Assembly (NCBI GenBank): GCA_051294375.1
Contig: CM119266.1
Location: forward strand, 23,522,776-23,586,775
DNA from: Paraspadella gotoi
Lineage: Eukaryota > Animalia > Chaetognatha
Direction of reading: 5' to 3'
Length of the DNA stretch: 64,000 bases
The notes beneath the pieces were generated by a model, which saw only the letters and a program-made list of their open reading frames with translations, was not told the DNA's origin and made no database searches. A program made the translations under genes and the position numbers. Shown piece by piece: positions 52,457 to 64,000 of the stretch (positions are counted from its first letter, which is position 1; every line of letters starts with the position of its first letter).

Positions 52457-53126
52457 GTAAATAGGGGGAGGAGGGTGAACGAGGATAAAGTGAGAACGGA
52501 AAGCGTATCGGGGCCAGCGTCTATCTTGGATCTTATAATCAAAGAGAAGAGAGAGAGAGAGAGCGAGTGAGGTAGAGAGAGAGATGAGAGAGAAGGAGAG
52601 AGGTACGGGGAGGCACTGAGAGCATGGGAGATCGAGCTGCTCTCTTGCGCAGTAAAAAGAGCACTATCACTGGACAGAAGTGGGTTCCACGGAGAGAGAT
52701 GCCGGAGGGATGGTCAAGACCTTCGCGCTCATGGAGACACCTGCACACAACACATTGAGCTGAAAGGACACGACGACACGAGACGAAAAAACAATGGGGA
52801 CAAAAGGCGAGGGAGCGGGGAAGAAGAAAAAAGAAAGCATTGTTCGTCTTTCAAGATGGATTAAGAAGTGCAGATCTCTCGCTCACTTACGAAGCGAGGG
52901 AAAAAGTGGCCAATAAAGTGATAAGTTTGGTCGACCAAAAAAAGGACAGAGATAAGAAACGAGGAAAACCGGCGAGCGGCTGCGCTAGCTGCTGGAGAAG
53001 AGACGAGGAGTGAGAGGATCGAGACCGCTTATAGTGAAGTGAAAAGGCGAGGCTACCAGCACACAGGTGGACTATTGCTAATGATCAGACTATCTATTCT
53101 GGCTCCTCAACGGGGAGAGAGAGAGA

Positions 53127-53172
<46 letters not shown>

Positions 53173-54060
53173 AAAACGTTTAAGATTGCATATGTGAATA
53201 TATAACTTTAAAAATAAAATATTTTTTCTTCTTATCCTTTTCTTTACCAACTTTTTGTAGACAAACGTTCGAAATGTCTACACATTTATTTTCATGCCTC
53301 TTTTTTTCGTTTCGCTTTTGAATAACTTTTCACTCTGGGTTGCTCCCTCATTACTTTTTACCTTTCCGGTTTCCGGCTGAATTAATCAGCCTTGCCTTTT
53401 CCCAGTTCGCTTTCCGGCTTTAAACTATATTTTACTTCTTCAACTTCCAACTGTTGTTACTTTCCTTTCCATGTTACCCTCTCTATCTTTTCTCCTCTTT
53501 TTTTATTCTTCTGCAAATTTTTTGTTCATGTTCCACCTTTTCTCTTACCTCACCATCGAACCTTACCCTCTTCGCACCACCCCCCCAACCCCCCCCAATC
53601 CTACCCAACCCTCCCTTTGACCCTGGAATGTCTAACACCGTGGCGCCTTCTCGTCTCACGCCGCTTTTTTCGAGTGTGGTGGGGAACGGCGAAGCGGGAT
53701 GGCGTTTGGTGAATATATTACTATTAGTCAGTAATAGATGGATTAAATATTCGCGGAAGATGGCGTCAGTAGATTGAACGATAAGAGAAATATGATTAAT
53801 GATACTTACATCGGTAGATTTAATGATCTAGGATAATAGGTCTCCAGAAATAATTATATTAAAATCTTTGATATAAAAAGTCATAAAGATCTTTTGTACT
53901 GAGTACAAATATATAATTAAAGTATTATAGTACAAAATATTTATTTCAGTCTCAAACAGGGAACGAGATATGTCGGTCAAGTGTAGGTACCTACCGAAGG
54001 AAATGCTCTCTCTCTGTTCTCTCTCTTCTCTCTCTCCTCTCTTTCTCTCTCTCTCTCTCT
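52457..54060 (+). repeat. Tandem duplicate of 50813-52431 across a 25-N gap
   Basis: The first ~730 bp read identically at offset 1644 (identical ORF translations in the track); the remainder differs by indels. Confidence 0.93.
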
Positions 54061-54246
54061 CTCTCCTTCTCCCCTCTCTCTCTCTCTCTCTCTCTCTCTT
54101 CTTTCTCTTCCTCGCTTGGATGGAGGTCGTGATGAAAAAAAAAGTCATTTGGATGATTAAGATTGATTCCAACCTTCGTCGATGGCGGAGTCACCGTCGG
54201 TGAGTTAAAAGAAAATGGGTAGAAGTGTTGGAAAGAGAGAAGAGAG

Positions 54247-54357
<111 letters not shown>

Positions 54358-55248
54358 CAAAGGAACAAGACTGACTGTATCGAGTTTGATTCAAGTATTT
54401 AATTTGCTGTCTGCAATCACATTTGAATAGAGCATGACTGCATCTCATACAAACCGCCAACAGGACCGAGAAGAGATCGTCTCGAGGTCGCATCGGGGTG
54501 ACTCGGGAAAAACAGACTTGAGTCGAGGTAATGACGATAGTTGTAGTGGCTCCGGTGTGGAGAGGAGTTACGTTTGGAGTGGAAAGTCGTTGTGGATTTG
54601 AAAATCTGTATGCAATAGACTATGTAACAAACTTAATAAAAAGACTGTGAATGAGCGGAAATGAAATTTGACGTAGTAAAAGTCGAGACAGCTAAACAGC
54701 AAGTCTGTTACTGTTTTCACAATCAATATCAAGGAAATTATTGTAGTAATTTTGTTTCTAATTAGCCAGTATAAACTAATAACATATGATCAAATAGTTA
54801 TTAGAAAGTAATTTTTGGGGGGTATTTTTATAAAAAGAAAACACATACGGGAGTAAAAAGAGGGTGAACTAAAAATCTTGGAAGACGAAACGGTCGATTC
54901 ACAATTAGTGGAGGTATATGTGCTGAAGCGTCGGCCAATCGACGGCGCTGCAGGTCGGCCGGGAGTTGACGGCCTTGTCGGGCAAAGAGGGTAAGAAACG
55001 CGGTGTTCGTTGCGATTAAAGGCGTGGGGAATTAGGCGACGCTGGAGGCGTTGGAAGGAAGGCTGCGGCTGCGGCTGTGGCTGCGGCGGGCTGCGGCGGA
55101 GTCGGGCGCGTCGGTGTGGAGGCGGATCGGAGTGACGGGCGTCGAAGATGGAAAGGTTTGAGGAGTTAGGGGGGGGGAAGAGAAAGTGTGAGGACGGAAC
55201 TGGCGCCGTGCACGCGCGCACGCTGAGTGGAAAGTTCGTTTCACACTC

Positions 55249-55312
<64 letters not shown>

Positions 55313-56090
55313 TATCTCGAGCACGACTACGTCGAAGCTATGGGGCGCACGTGGCCGCGAGAGGGCGTGGAAGCGCAAATGGGAAAACGAGAAAGAAGTA
55401 GGGCAGAGGGCGGTGAGGTGGAGACGAGAGGGAGTTGGATGAGAGTGAGTGCGGAAAGGTGAGTCCGTATGTTGGATGGTTGAGGAGTTGTCGGGAGTAA
55501 GGATGAAAACTGCATCGCAAGAATTTAAACACAGAAAGTGTTATAAGTTCATTGATGTCGTATAATCTTTTTCAATTTGCTTTCGGAGTATTTAACCTCA
55601 GTGATTTAAAAAAAAAAATGGCAGAACTGTCGAAAATCATGGTCCTGCAATCTACAGAGTGACAATAAAGTTTTACTTTTTCTCCTTGGCATCTATTAAA
55701 AATTTAATCCACCTTTCATACTTTAAGCCAAAGCGTAAAATTCCATCCGATCCGTTTTTTTTTATTTCTTTTTTCTCCTTAATCTAAATTCCTTTGCCGA
55801 TATTCTCTCTTTTCCCTCACACCAATATTTGATTCTCCGCTCTCTTCCTCTTCCTCCTCCTCCTCATTCTCTTCCTCCTCCTCCTCTTCTTCCTCCTCTT
55901 TTCACACCACCGGTTTCTTTCGATATTGGATTCGTCCTTTTGGGGTCTCCTCGTCCCTCTCCTTCACGGCTCCCTTTTCTCTTTCCTTTGCCCATGTCCT
56001 TCGCCCGACTCCTTTTCCTCGCCCGTCTCCTTCTTTTTCCTCACTGTCTCCTTCTTCATCTTGGCCGTCTCCTTCTCCATCGTTTGGTAT

Positions 56091-56134
56091 ACCTTTGCTA
56101 CACCTTGGCTAAACCTTTGCTACACCTTTGCTAC
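56091..56134. repeat. 11-bp minisatellite ACCTTTGCTAC x4
   Basis: Four adjacent units, one with two substitutions. Confidence 0.9.
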
Positions 56135-56321
56135 ATTCCTAATTTTTTCTTATTCTCAACATCCTAGTTCTTTCCTTCTCATTTTTTTACACATCATCCG
56201 TTTTTTGTTCTTCTTATTTTTTTGCATCCTACCAACCTCTCTTCACCTCCTCATCTTTCCTTCCTTCCTTCCTCCTCCAACTCCTTCTCCACAATCTCTG
56301 ACCCCCTTGAATCTGCCTCTC

Positions 56322-56353
<32 letters not shown>

Positions 56354-56847
56354 CTCTCCCTCCCCTCCAGCATCTCTTCCCATCCCTCCCCCAACTCCTA
56401 GCCATGATGAATCTTTTCCCTTTCTCCTTGGCCGGAAGCAAACAGAGAAGCCGAGAGGAGAGAGCGTCTGAGAAAGATTACTCGGGGAAGAAAAGGGATG
56501 AAAGAAAAAGGAAAAAAAAGGAAAATGAGAGAGGCGATGGGAATTGAGGAAGGAAAGGGAGGAAGAGAAAAAGGAGGATGAAGGATGTTGGGAATTATTA
56601 TGTATAAATTAAAGAAAAAGATATAGAACGTAATATCGATGGTTAAGCTGTTACGTTCGAAAGAAGTAAAGTCAAGAAAAATAATAGGAATTTATAATTA
56701 GGAATATAGGAAAATATTAAAAAGAATAAAGTGTAAGAACGCGAAAAAAGGGCGGAAGTGAAGAAATAAAAAAAAAGAAGTTAAACGACGGCGTGAGTGG
56801 AAGGAAGGAATGAAGGGAGACATCACAGGTGGATTCGGTTCGTCTGG

Positions 56848-56974
<127 letters not shown>

Positions 56975-57443
56975 TTTCTATTTTCAGCTCAAACGCCTCC
57001 GAAAAAAGATGACGTTTGCGCCCGAGATGCGCCCTCGAGCGGAAAGAGAGGAAATAAGGAAAGAGAAGAAAAAAATAAGAGAAAATCGAAAGGAGGAAAA
57101 ATAGGGATGGGTGCTGGAGAGAGAGGGAGTCGTTTCTCGTGTGCAGTACTATGAAATAACCTAATACTATAAAACAATGGTGTAATGTTAATGTTTTTTC
57201 TGAACACTTAGATTGTCTCGATATTTACGATAAACGTTTTACCTTCAGGTAAATTATGATTTAAAAGAAGTAGAAGATGGAAAATTAATTTTCAGATTTG
57301 TCTAATAAAAAACCACTTTTTTTCTATGCTTCTCTATCTCTTTCTCTATCCTGCTTTGAAATCTCACGGAGTGAAATTCACGCCGTCAAGTCCTTCATGA
57401 ATATTCAGGCGTGAAGCTCTGAGTGACGCCGAATCCCCGGCGC

Positions 57444-57493
<50 letters not shown>

Positions 57494-57818
57494 TCAAAAA
57501 TTCATTAAAAAGATTGAGTTTTCTTTCAAATTTCTTCGCACTGTACATTTGTTCCACCCTTGCCGCTTGATTCCCTTTGTCTCAGACAGAGGGAGGAAAA
57601 AGGGAGAAAAGAGTGAAAAAAGTGATAATGATTTTTCTTCTACTCTTGAGAACAAAGGATGAAATTTTTTTTTATTCTTTGCGTCAGAGATATACAGAGA
57701 GAGAGATATATATAAAATAAAAAGAGGCCAACTGACAAAAATGATGGATACCATATTATACGTAATCTAGAAGAATTCCTCTAAACAAAAACAGACATAT
57801 ACAGAAATTTGATTGATA

Positions 57819-57878
<60 letters not shown>

Positions 57879-59611
57879 GCTTTTTTTTCACGATGATGAC
57901 GACGCAAATGCGAGTCGCAGCGAAAAACAAAAGGTGAATAATGAATTCAGAGCAAAAGAGAAAAAAAAGGGAAAATGAGAAACATTAAGGGGAGACAAGA
58001 GAAACGCGAAAGAGTTAATAAAAAAAAAAGAAGGAGAGAGAGACGACGTTGATTGAAAATTTTTTTTTTTCTGTCTCTCCAACTCTTTTTTACCAAAGTG
58101 TATTTTTTACAAGCGTTCTGCTTGCGTCAAGGTTGGCCTGTTCGTAATAATCTAGAATTTTTTTAATCGTCGGATCCTGGTCCTCGTCTCTCCTCTCTCT
58201 TCTCTCTCTCTCTCTTCTCTCTCTTCTTCTCTCTCTTTTCCCTCTCTGGTTCTCTCTCCTCGTCTCTCTCTCTCTGCTCTCCACACACCTAAATACGCGC
58301 GAGGAGTGAATTGAGAAAAATGAGGCGCGTCCGGCACAGGTGGCGCTGGAATCGCTCGACGCCAGTCGCGTCAACGAAACAATGCAACGAATATGTTTTC
58401 ATTTCTGAGGCAATAAATTCGACTTATGACGAAACGGGGACGCTTCCGTTCGACGCCATGGGCGGCGGCGACGACGACGACGACGAAGACGACGACGACA
58501 ATTGACGAACCGGGACGACGACGAAATAGCCGTCAACCCGTAGCGGAAAAAAAAGCGGAAGGTAAAGCGGACGAAGAAGCGAAAGTTATTAGGGAAATTA
58601 AAAGGCAAATTGATAGGGAAAAAGAAATAAAAACAAACAATGGTATGGCTAACGGTTATTCCGAGAAAAGGTTTTTAAAGTTCATAAGTTAAAACGGCGC
58701 CGTTTTTTAAAGGGTTTTTTATTAAATCCAAAGCAAAATGATACTTTTTACATACGATTCAGTAAAAAACTAAAAAAATAATAAAAAAAGTAAGAGAAAT
58801 ATAAATGAGACAAGTATACAATTGACGTTATAAAAAAGGGAGAACATGTCGAGATTTAAAGACTGAAGATGAATCAACTTTTAAAAATATCTTAAGAAAT
58901 AGAAATCGAAAGAAAGTGAAAGAGAGAATCGGAAAAAAAAAATAAATCGAGCGAAAAGAGGAAATGAGAAGCGACGAAAAGGAATTGGAGAGAGGAAAAA
59001 AGAAAAGAAAAAGGAGGAAGGAAAAAGAAATTGGAAGGAGGAAAAAGGAAAGAAGGGGAGGAAGGAAAAAATAATTGGAGAAAGGAAAAAGGAAAAGAAT
59101 GGGAGAAAGGAAAAAAAAAGGAAAAAGGAATTGGAGAGAGGAAAAAGGAGAAAAAAGTAGGAAAACCTGAATAGTGGCAAAAAAGCATTTCAAGCGAATT
59201 ATTCATTCCGAAAGCGCGGAGGGGAAATGGTTAAATATGAGCGTTACTTATTTTCCATATCATTCGCGGTTTTTTTTTCCATTTCGGCGTCGAATTTGTG
59301 ACGTGGTTCTATCGGTGCCGCTTGACATCCAACGTCTTTCACCTTAACCTTTCCTGTGCCAAACAATCGGAGCCTTTTCCTTCTTTTCTTAGACTCTCTA
59401 TCTCTCTCTCTCTATCTCTCTTTCTCTCTTTCTCTCTTTCTCTCTTTCTCTCTTTCTTCTTTTCTCTCTCTCTCTCTCCCTCCCTCTCTTCTCTCCCTCT
59501 CTCTCCTTCTTCTCCCTTTCTCGTCCCCTTTTTTCTCTTTTTCCAAATTCCAGACGGCGGCGTGAATTTCATGAAGAATTTAGTGAGGTGAATTTCTCGT
59601 CTCTCTCCTCT

Positions 59612-59654
<43 letters not shown>

Positions 59655-59872
59655 TCTCTCTCTGCGAAAAGCAATCGGCCGGAAGAAAAACCTGGCGGCC
59701 GCATAATTCATGAAAATCCACCGCCGAGACTTTTGTTCGTGGGAGGAAGAGAGGAAGAAAGAGGTGAGAGGAAAAAGAAAGAGAGAGAAAGAGGATGAGA
59801 GAAAGAACGAGAAAGAGAGAGAGAGGCAGAGGAAAGAAGAGAGAGATGAGATGAGAGAGAGAGGAGAGAGAT

Positions 59873-59908
<36 letters not shown>

Positions 59909-59942
59909 AAAGAGAAAGAAAGAGAGAGAGAAGAGAAGAGAC

Positions 59943-59983
<41 letters not shown>

Positions 59984-61568
59984 AAAGAGAGAAGAGAGAG
60001 ANNNNNNNNNNNNNNNNNNNNNNNNNACTCTCATCATCCTCTACGCTCTCCCTCCTCTCCTCTTCTCTCTCTGCTTCTCTTCACATTAGCGAAAAGCCAA
60101 TCGGCGATAAGAAAAAACAAGAAACCTGGCAAGGGGCCGGCATAAAATCTTCATGAAAATCACTACCGCCGAGACTTTTGTCAAAACAGATTCCCGATGA
60201 GAAGACGGAAGAAGACCAACCAGAAGAAAGACAAAGCAGACAGCAAGTTCGGAGAGAGAAAGACAACGACGAGACCCCCGATTTAAGACAAAAGGACATA
60301 AATAGCAAAACAAGGATGAGAGAGACAGAGAAGGGAAGATCCCGGGCAAGTGACGAGGCAGGGGAGGGTGGAGGAAGGGAGAGAGGGACAAGAGAAGCAG
60401 GGACATTGGGGAAACGAGAGAGAGAGAAAATGGAGAAAAGAGGGGAGGGGGAGAAAAAAAAGTATGAGGGAGGGGGGGGAGGGTGAGGGGGGAGGAGAGG
60501 GAAGAACGGAGGAGGAAAAAAGATGAGAGAGAGAGGCGAGAAAGCAATTAAGAGGCAGAGAGAGAGCAGAATGAGAGTCAGAGAATCGAGAGTGAGGAAG
60601 AGAGGAACGAGAGTTCAACTGAATGGGAACGACGAAAGAGAGAAGAGAGATGAAGAGAGAGACAGAGAGAGAGAGAGAGAGCGAGAGAGAAAAGAGCGGG
60701 AAAGAAAGAGAGAGCATGAGAGAAGAGACAGAGAGAGAGAGAGAGAAGAGAGAGGAGAGAGAGAGAAGAGAGAGAGAACAGAGGTATGCTTTGGGGAGCA
60801 ATATACTTGAAGATTCTGCGGACCCAATTTCGGCTCACTTCTATCTGTTTTTCCGGGCTGCCTCGTCGCTATTGTTCTCCTCCGTCCGCAACGGCTCAGG
60901 TCGCGTGCCTTGTCCGAACCTGACCGACGGGTCATTCTCCCTTCTCTCTCTTCTCATTCTCTTTCCCTCTCGCCGCGCGCATCCTGACAAGAGATCCGAG
61001 ATACCAAATGGATCTGAATAGTCGCGGATCGAGACTCTGCTGTGTCTGCTCTTTCCTTTAATCCCAAATGAATAAAAGAATGGATAAAAAATAAAGTTAT
61101 TATTTTAAACCGCTATTCATTTAGATTATTAATTTCTTTTTATTATATTATTTTTTGTACTTTCCTATCTTCCATGACTTTATTTGAATTTTTGAACTTA
61201 ATTCTTTGTTTCCCATTAAATTTTTGTTTACAGTTTTTCTTTTATTTTCAAATTTGTTTCTTGGTATTATAAATATTTTTTTAACTGGAAACCAAAAAAG
61301 ATCTATTTACAGATTTGTATTATAAATGATTTAAATAATATATTAAAAAAGAATACAGAGCTGTAACAAATAGCTTATGGTCCTAGTTAGGATTCCAGAC
61401 TACCTGTTGCTCGGCTTTTGTTTCAGCTTTTGCCCCACTCCTAGTAAAAGGCCGACCCTCTCAAACAATTTGGCGCAACAGCAGCTTTTCCCAGAAACAA
61501 AAGATATCGTTTAAAAATCTTTGCTACACTTTTTTTTTACAAAAAAATAATTTAAGCTAATCGATATT

Positions 61569-62409
61569 AAAATTAAAGAGGATAATAAATATAACTATAA
61601 ATAGTTTTACGTTATTCTTTTGATCATCGCTTATTATCATTAAATAAAACAATAAATCTTGAAATTATAAAAACTATATATAAATAATTTTGCAACAATT
61701 TTGCTTTGTTTCACTTTTCAGTGTTGATCTTTTTTCTTGTCTTTATTTATTTTTTTAAAATTTTGATCTATTTAAGTATAATATTTATAGAAAGTAAGTA
61801 AATAAGAATTTTCCGTCCGCGACCACGATCTCCGACGTAAGGCCTATTTGATTCGCGGATTTCTCCCGAGCAGAGTTTTTGTCTCTCGATCCGCGACCTC
61901 GTACTCCCGGACGGGCAAATGATTTGGCTGCGTCGAGTGGTCCGGGCCATCGGGGACAAAATGGCTCGGTGGCGAACACCGTGGGCTTCCTACCCGCGAA
62001 TCTCGAGTATAGCCATGAGAGAGGTAGCTTGGGGATTGGGATCCGTGAAAAGGAGGGAGAGAGAGAAAGACGAAGTTTAATAGGGGACAGTTAGGGTGCA
62101 GATGAAAAAAGTCTATTGGCTATTCTAATACGAATATTTAAAATTAAAATATTGTTGAAGACAAAAAGTTCTTTTTGGGCATAATAAAATAAATAAAATA
62201 AAGTCTCTAAATCACAAGGTCGCCGGTTGGTGCCGTCTAAATCAACGGATGGCACCATTGGAGAGCGCGACGCTTCCGTCAACTACGAGGGAACAGGTGG
62301 CGCCTCAGGCGAGGTGCAAAATCATTTTTCCTTCCGAACAAAGGAGCATCGGCGAGATGTTTAATGAAGATCCATATATACGAAATATTTCACTGACGCC
62401 TCTTTGTTT

Positions 62410-62449
<40 letters not shown>

Positions 62450-64000
62450 TCCGCTTACAAACGGCGAATTTAGCAAAAAACACACTTGAAATTCCACTAC
62501 TTGTGTCGATTGTCTTAATATGATTATTTAATTTGTACGCACATTAACAAATTGGGCACGAACTAAGGATTGTTAAAAATCATGCTCCACCTGTTTCTAA
62601 TGACAACAAGATACAAAAATATATTTATCTAAATAATTATAGGGAAAAAAATCTTATGTCCATTCTTTTAGTCCATTTTTAACTTTCGTCTTTCCTGCAT
62701 TAGAGTGCCAAGACAAGTTAGAAAGAATTTTACTTTGGAAATCCGGTTTTCTCCTTATCTTCTTTACCTCTGGGTTAATTGATTGATTCCTTAAGATCTA
62801 GTTATAGTCTTGCCCTATGAATTAATTTTAAATGATATGACAAGTTCAAAAGTTTTCATTTTTCTTGTTTTTATGCACTTAATTTGGTTACGGAAAAATC
62901 TGTGTCAACATTATCTCTTCTCTTTTTTTTTTTTTGTTNNNNNNNNNNNNNNNNNNNNNNNNNCTTACTTTTGTTTATCATTAGAAACAGGTGGAGATGA
63001 TTTTTAACTCGGAATCTTAGTTACGGCCCCAATATTTGGTTATATGTCGTACAAATTAAATAATTATTTAGTAACAAACCGTAAGCAAGTATGGTTTAAT
63101 GTGTTTTTTGCTAAATTTCGCCGTTTGTAAGCGGAACCAGAGATGAGAGAGAGCAGAGAGAGAGAGAAAACAAAAGAGGCGTCCAGTTGAAATATTTCGT
63201 ATATATGGCATCGTTTACATTAAACATCATCGCCGATGCTCCCTTTGTTCGGAAGTGAAAAATGATTTTGCATGCACTTCGCGTGAGGCGACCACACTGT
63301 TCCACTCGTACGTTGACGGAAGCGCCGCGCCTGCCAATGGTGCCACCGTTGATATTAGACGGCACCCAACGCGGCGAACCATTGTGATTTAATTTTATTA
63401 TCGCCCAAAAAGAACTTATTGTCTTCAACAATATTTTAATTTTAAATATTCGATCATTTAGAATAGCAATAAGACTTTTTTTTCATCTGCACCCTAACTG
63501 TCCCCAATGTCAACTTCGTCTTTCTCATCTCTTCCCTCCTTTTCAACGGATCCCAATCCCAAGCCATGGCATACTCGAGATTCGCGGGTAGGGAAGCCCA
63601 CGGTTTCGCCACCGAGCCATTTTGTCCCCATGGCCCGGACCACTTCGACCAGCCAAATCTTTGCCCGCCGGGATACGAGGTCGCGGATCGAGAGGACAAA
63701 AACTCTGCTCGGGAGAAATCCGCGAATCAAATAGGCCTACGTCGGAGATCGTGGTCGCGGACGGAAATTCTATTTACTTACTTTCTATAAATATTATATT
63801 AAAAGATACAAAAATTTTAAAAAATAAATAAAGACAAGAAAAAAGATCAACACTGAAAGTTGAAACAAAGCAAAATTGTTGCAATTATTTATATATAGTT
63901 TTAAATTTCAAGATTTTATTGTTAATTATTAAATGAGCTTAAATAAGCGATGATCAAATAGAATAATAAAACATTTTAGTTATTTATTTCCTTTTAATTT
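61569..64000. repeat. ~1-kb inverted duplication (61569-62612 vs 62964-64000) around a 25-N gap
   Basis: Reverse-complement colinearity, e.g. CCACCTGTTTCTAATGA/TCATTAGAAACAGGTGG, and mirrored ORFs on opposite strands in the track. Confidence 0.92.

Noticed and set aside
61569-64000. Large fold-back transposon or biological palindrome
   Set aside because: One arm starts exactly at a 25-N gap and differs by read-type indels.

Overview
Eukaryotic, microsatellite-rich arthropod-type DNA (probably crustacean; inferred from composition and Hox sequence only). It contains the 5' coding part of an Antennapedia (Antp) Hox gene on the minus strand. A 77-nt first coding segment (ATG at 17742, donor at 17665) splices in frame to a 1229-nt exon (16342-15114) encoding FPRFSTYDR and ending in IYPWMRSQF plus a phase-1 donor. 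The homeobox exon is not visible and must lie left of the window or in a gap. The rest is intron or upstream non-coding DNA with simple repeats, a probable non-autonomous Helitron, two MITE-like inverted repeats and several candidate cis-regulatory clusters. Roughly a third of the window consists of indel-riddled tandem, dispersed or inverted second copies, often next to gaps of exactly 25 N. These look like long-read gap-filling artefacts. I found no convincing new multi-gene system. The most unusual signals are a cluster of five antisense splice donors inside the Antp intron, a YCAY array directly behind the hexapeptide donor, a triple CCAAT/E-box element and a series of CTCF-like sites. All of these are motif-level hypotheses.
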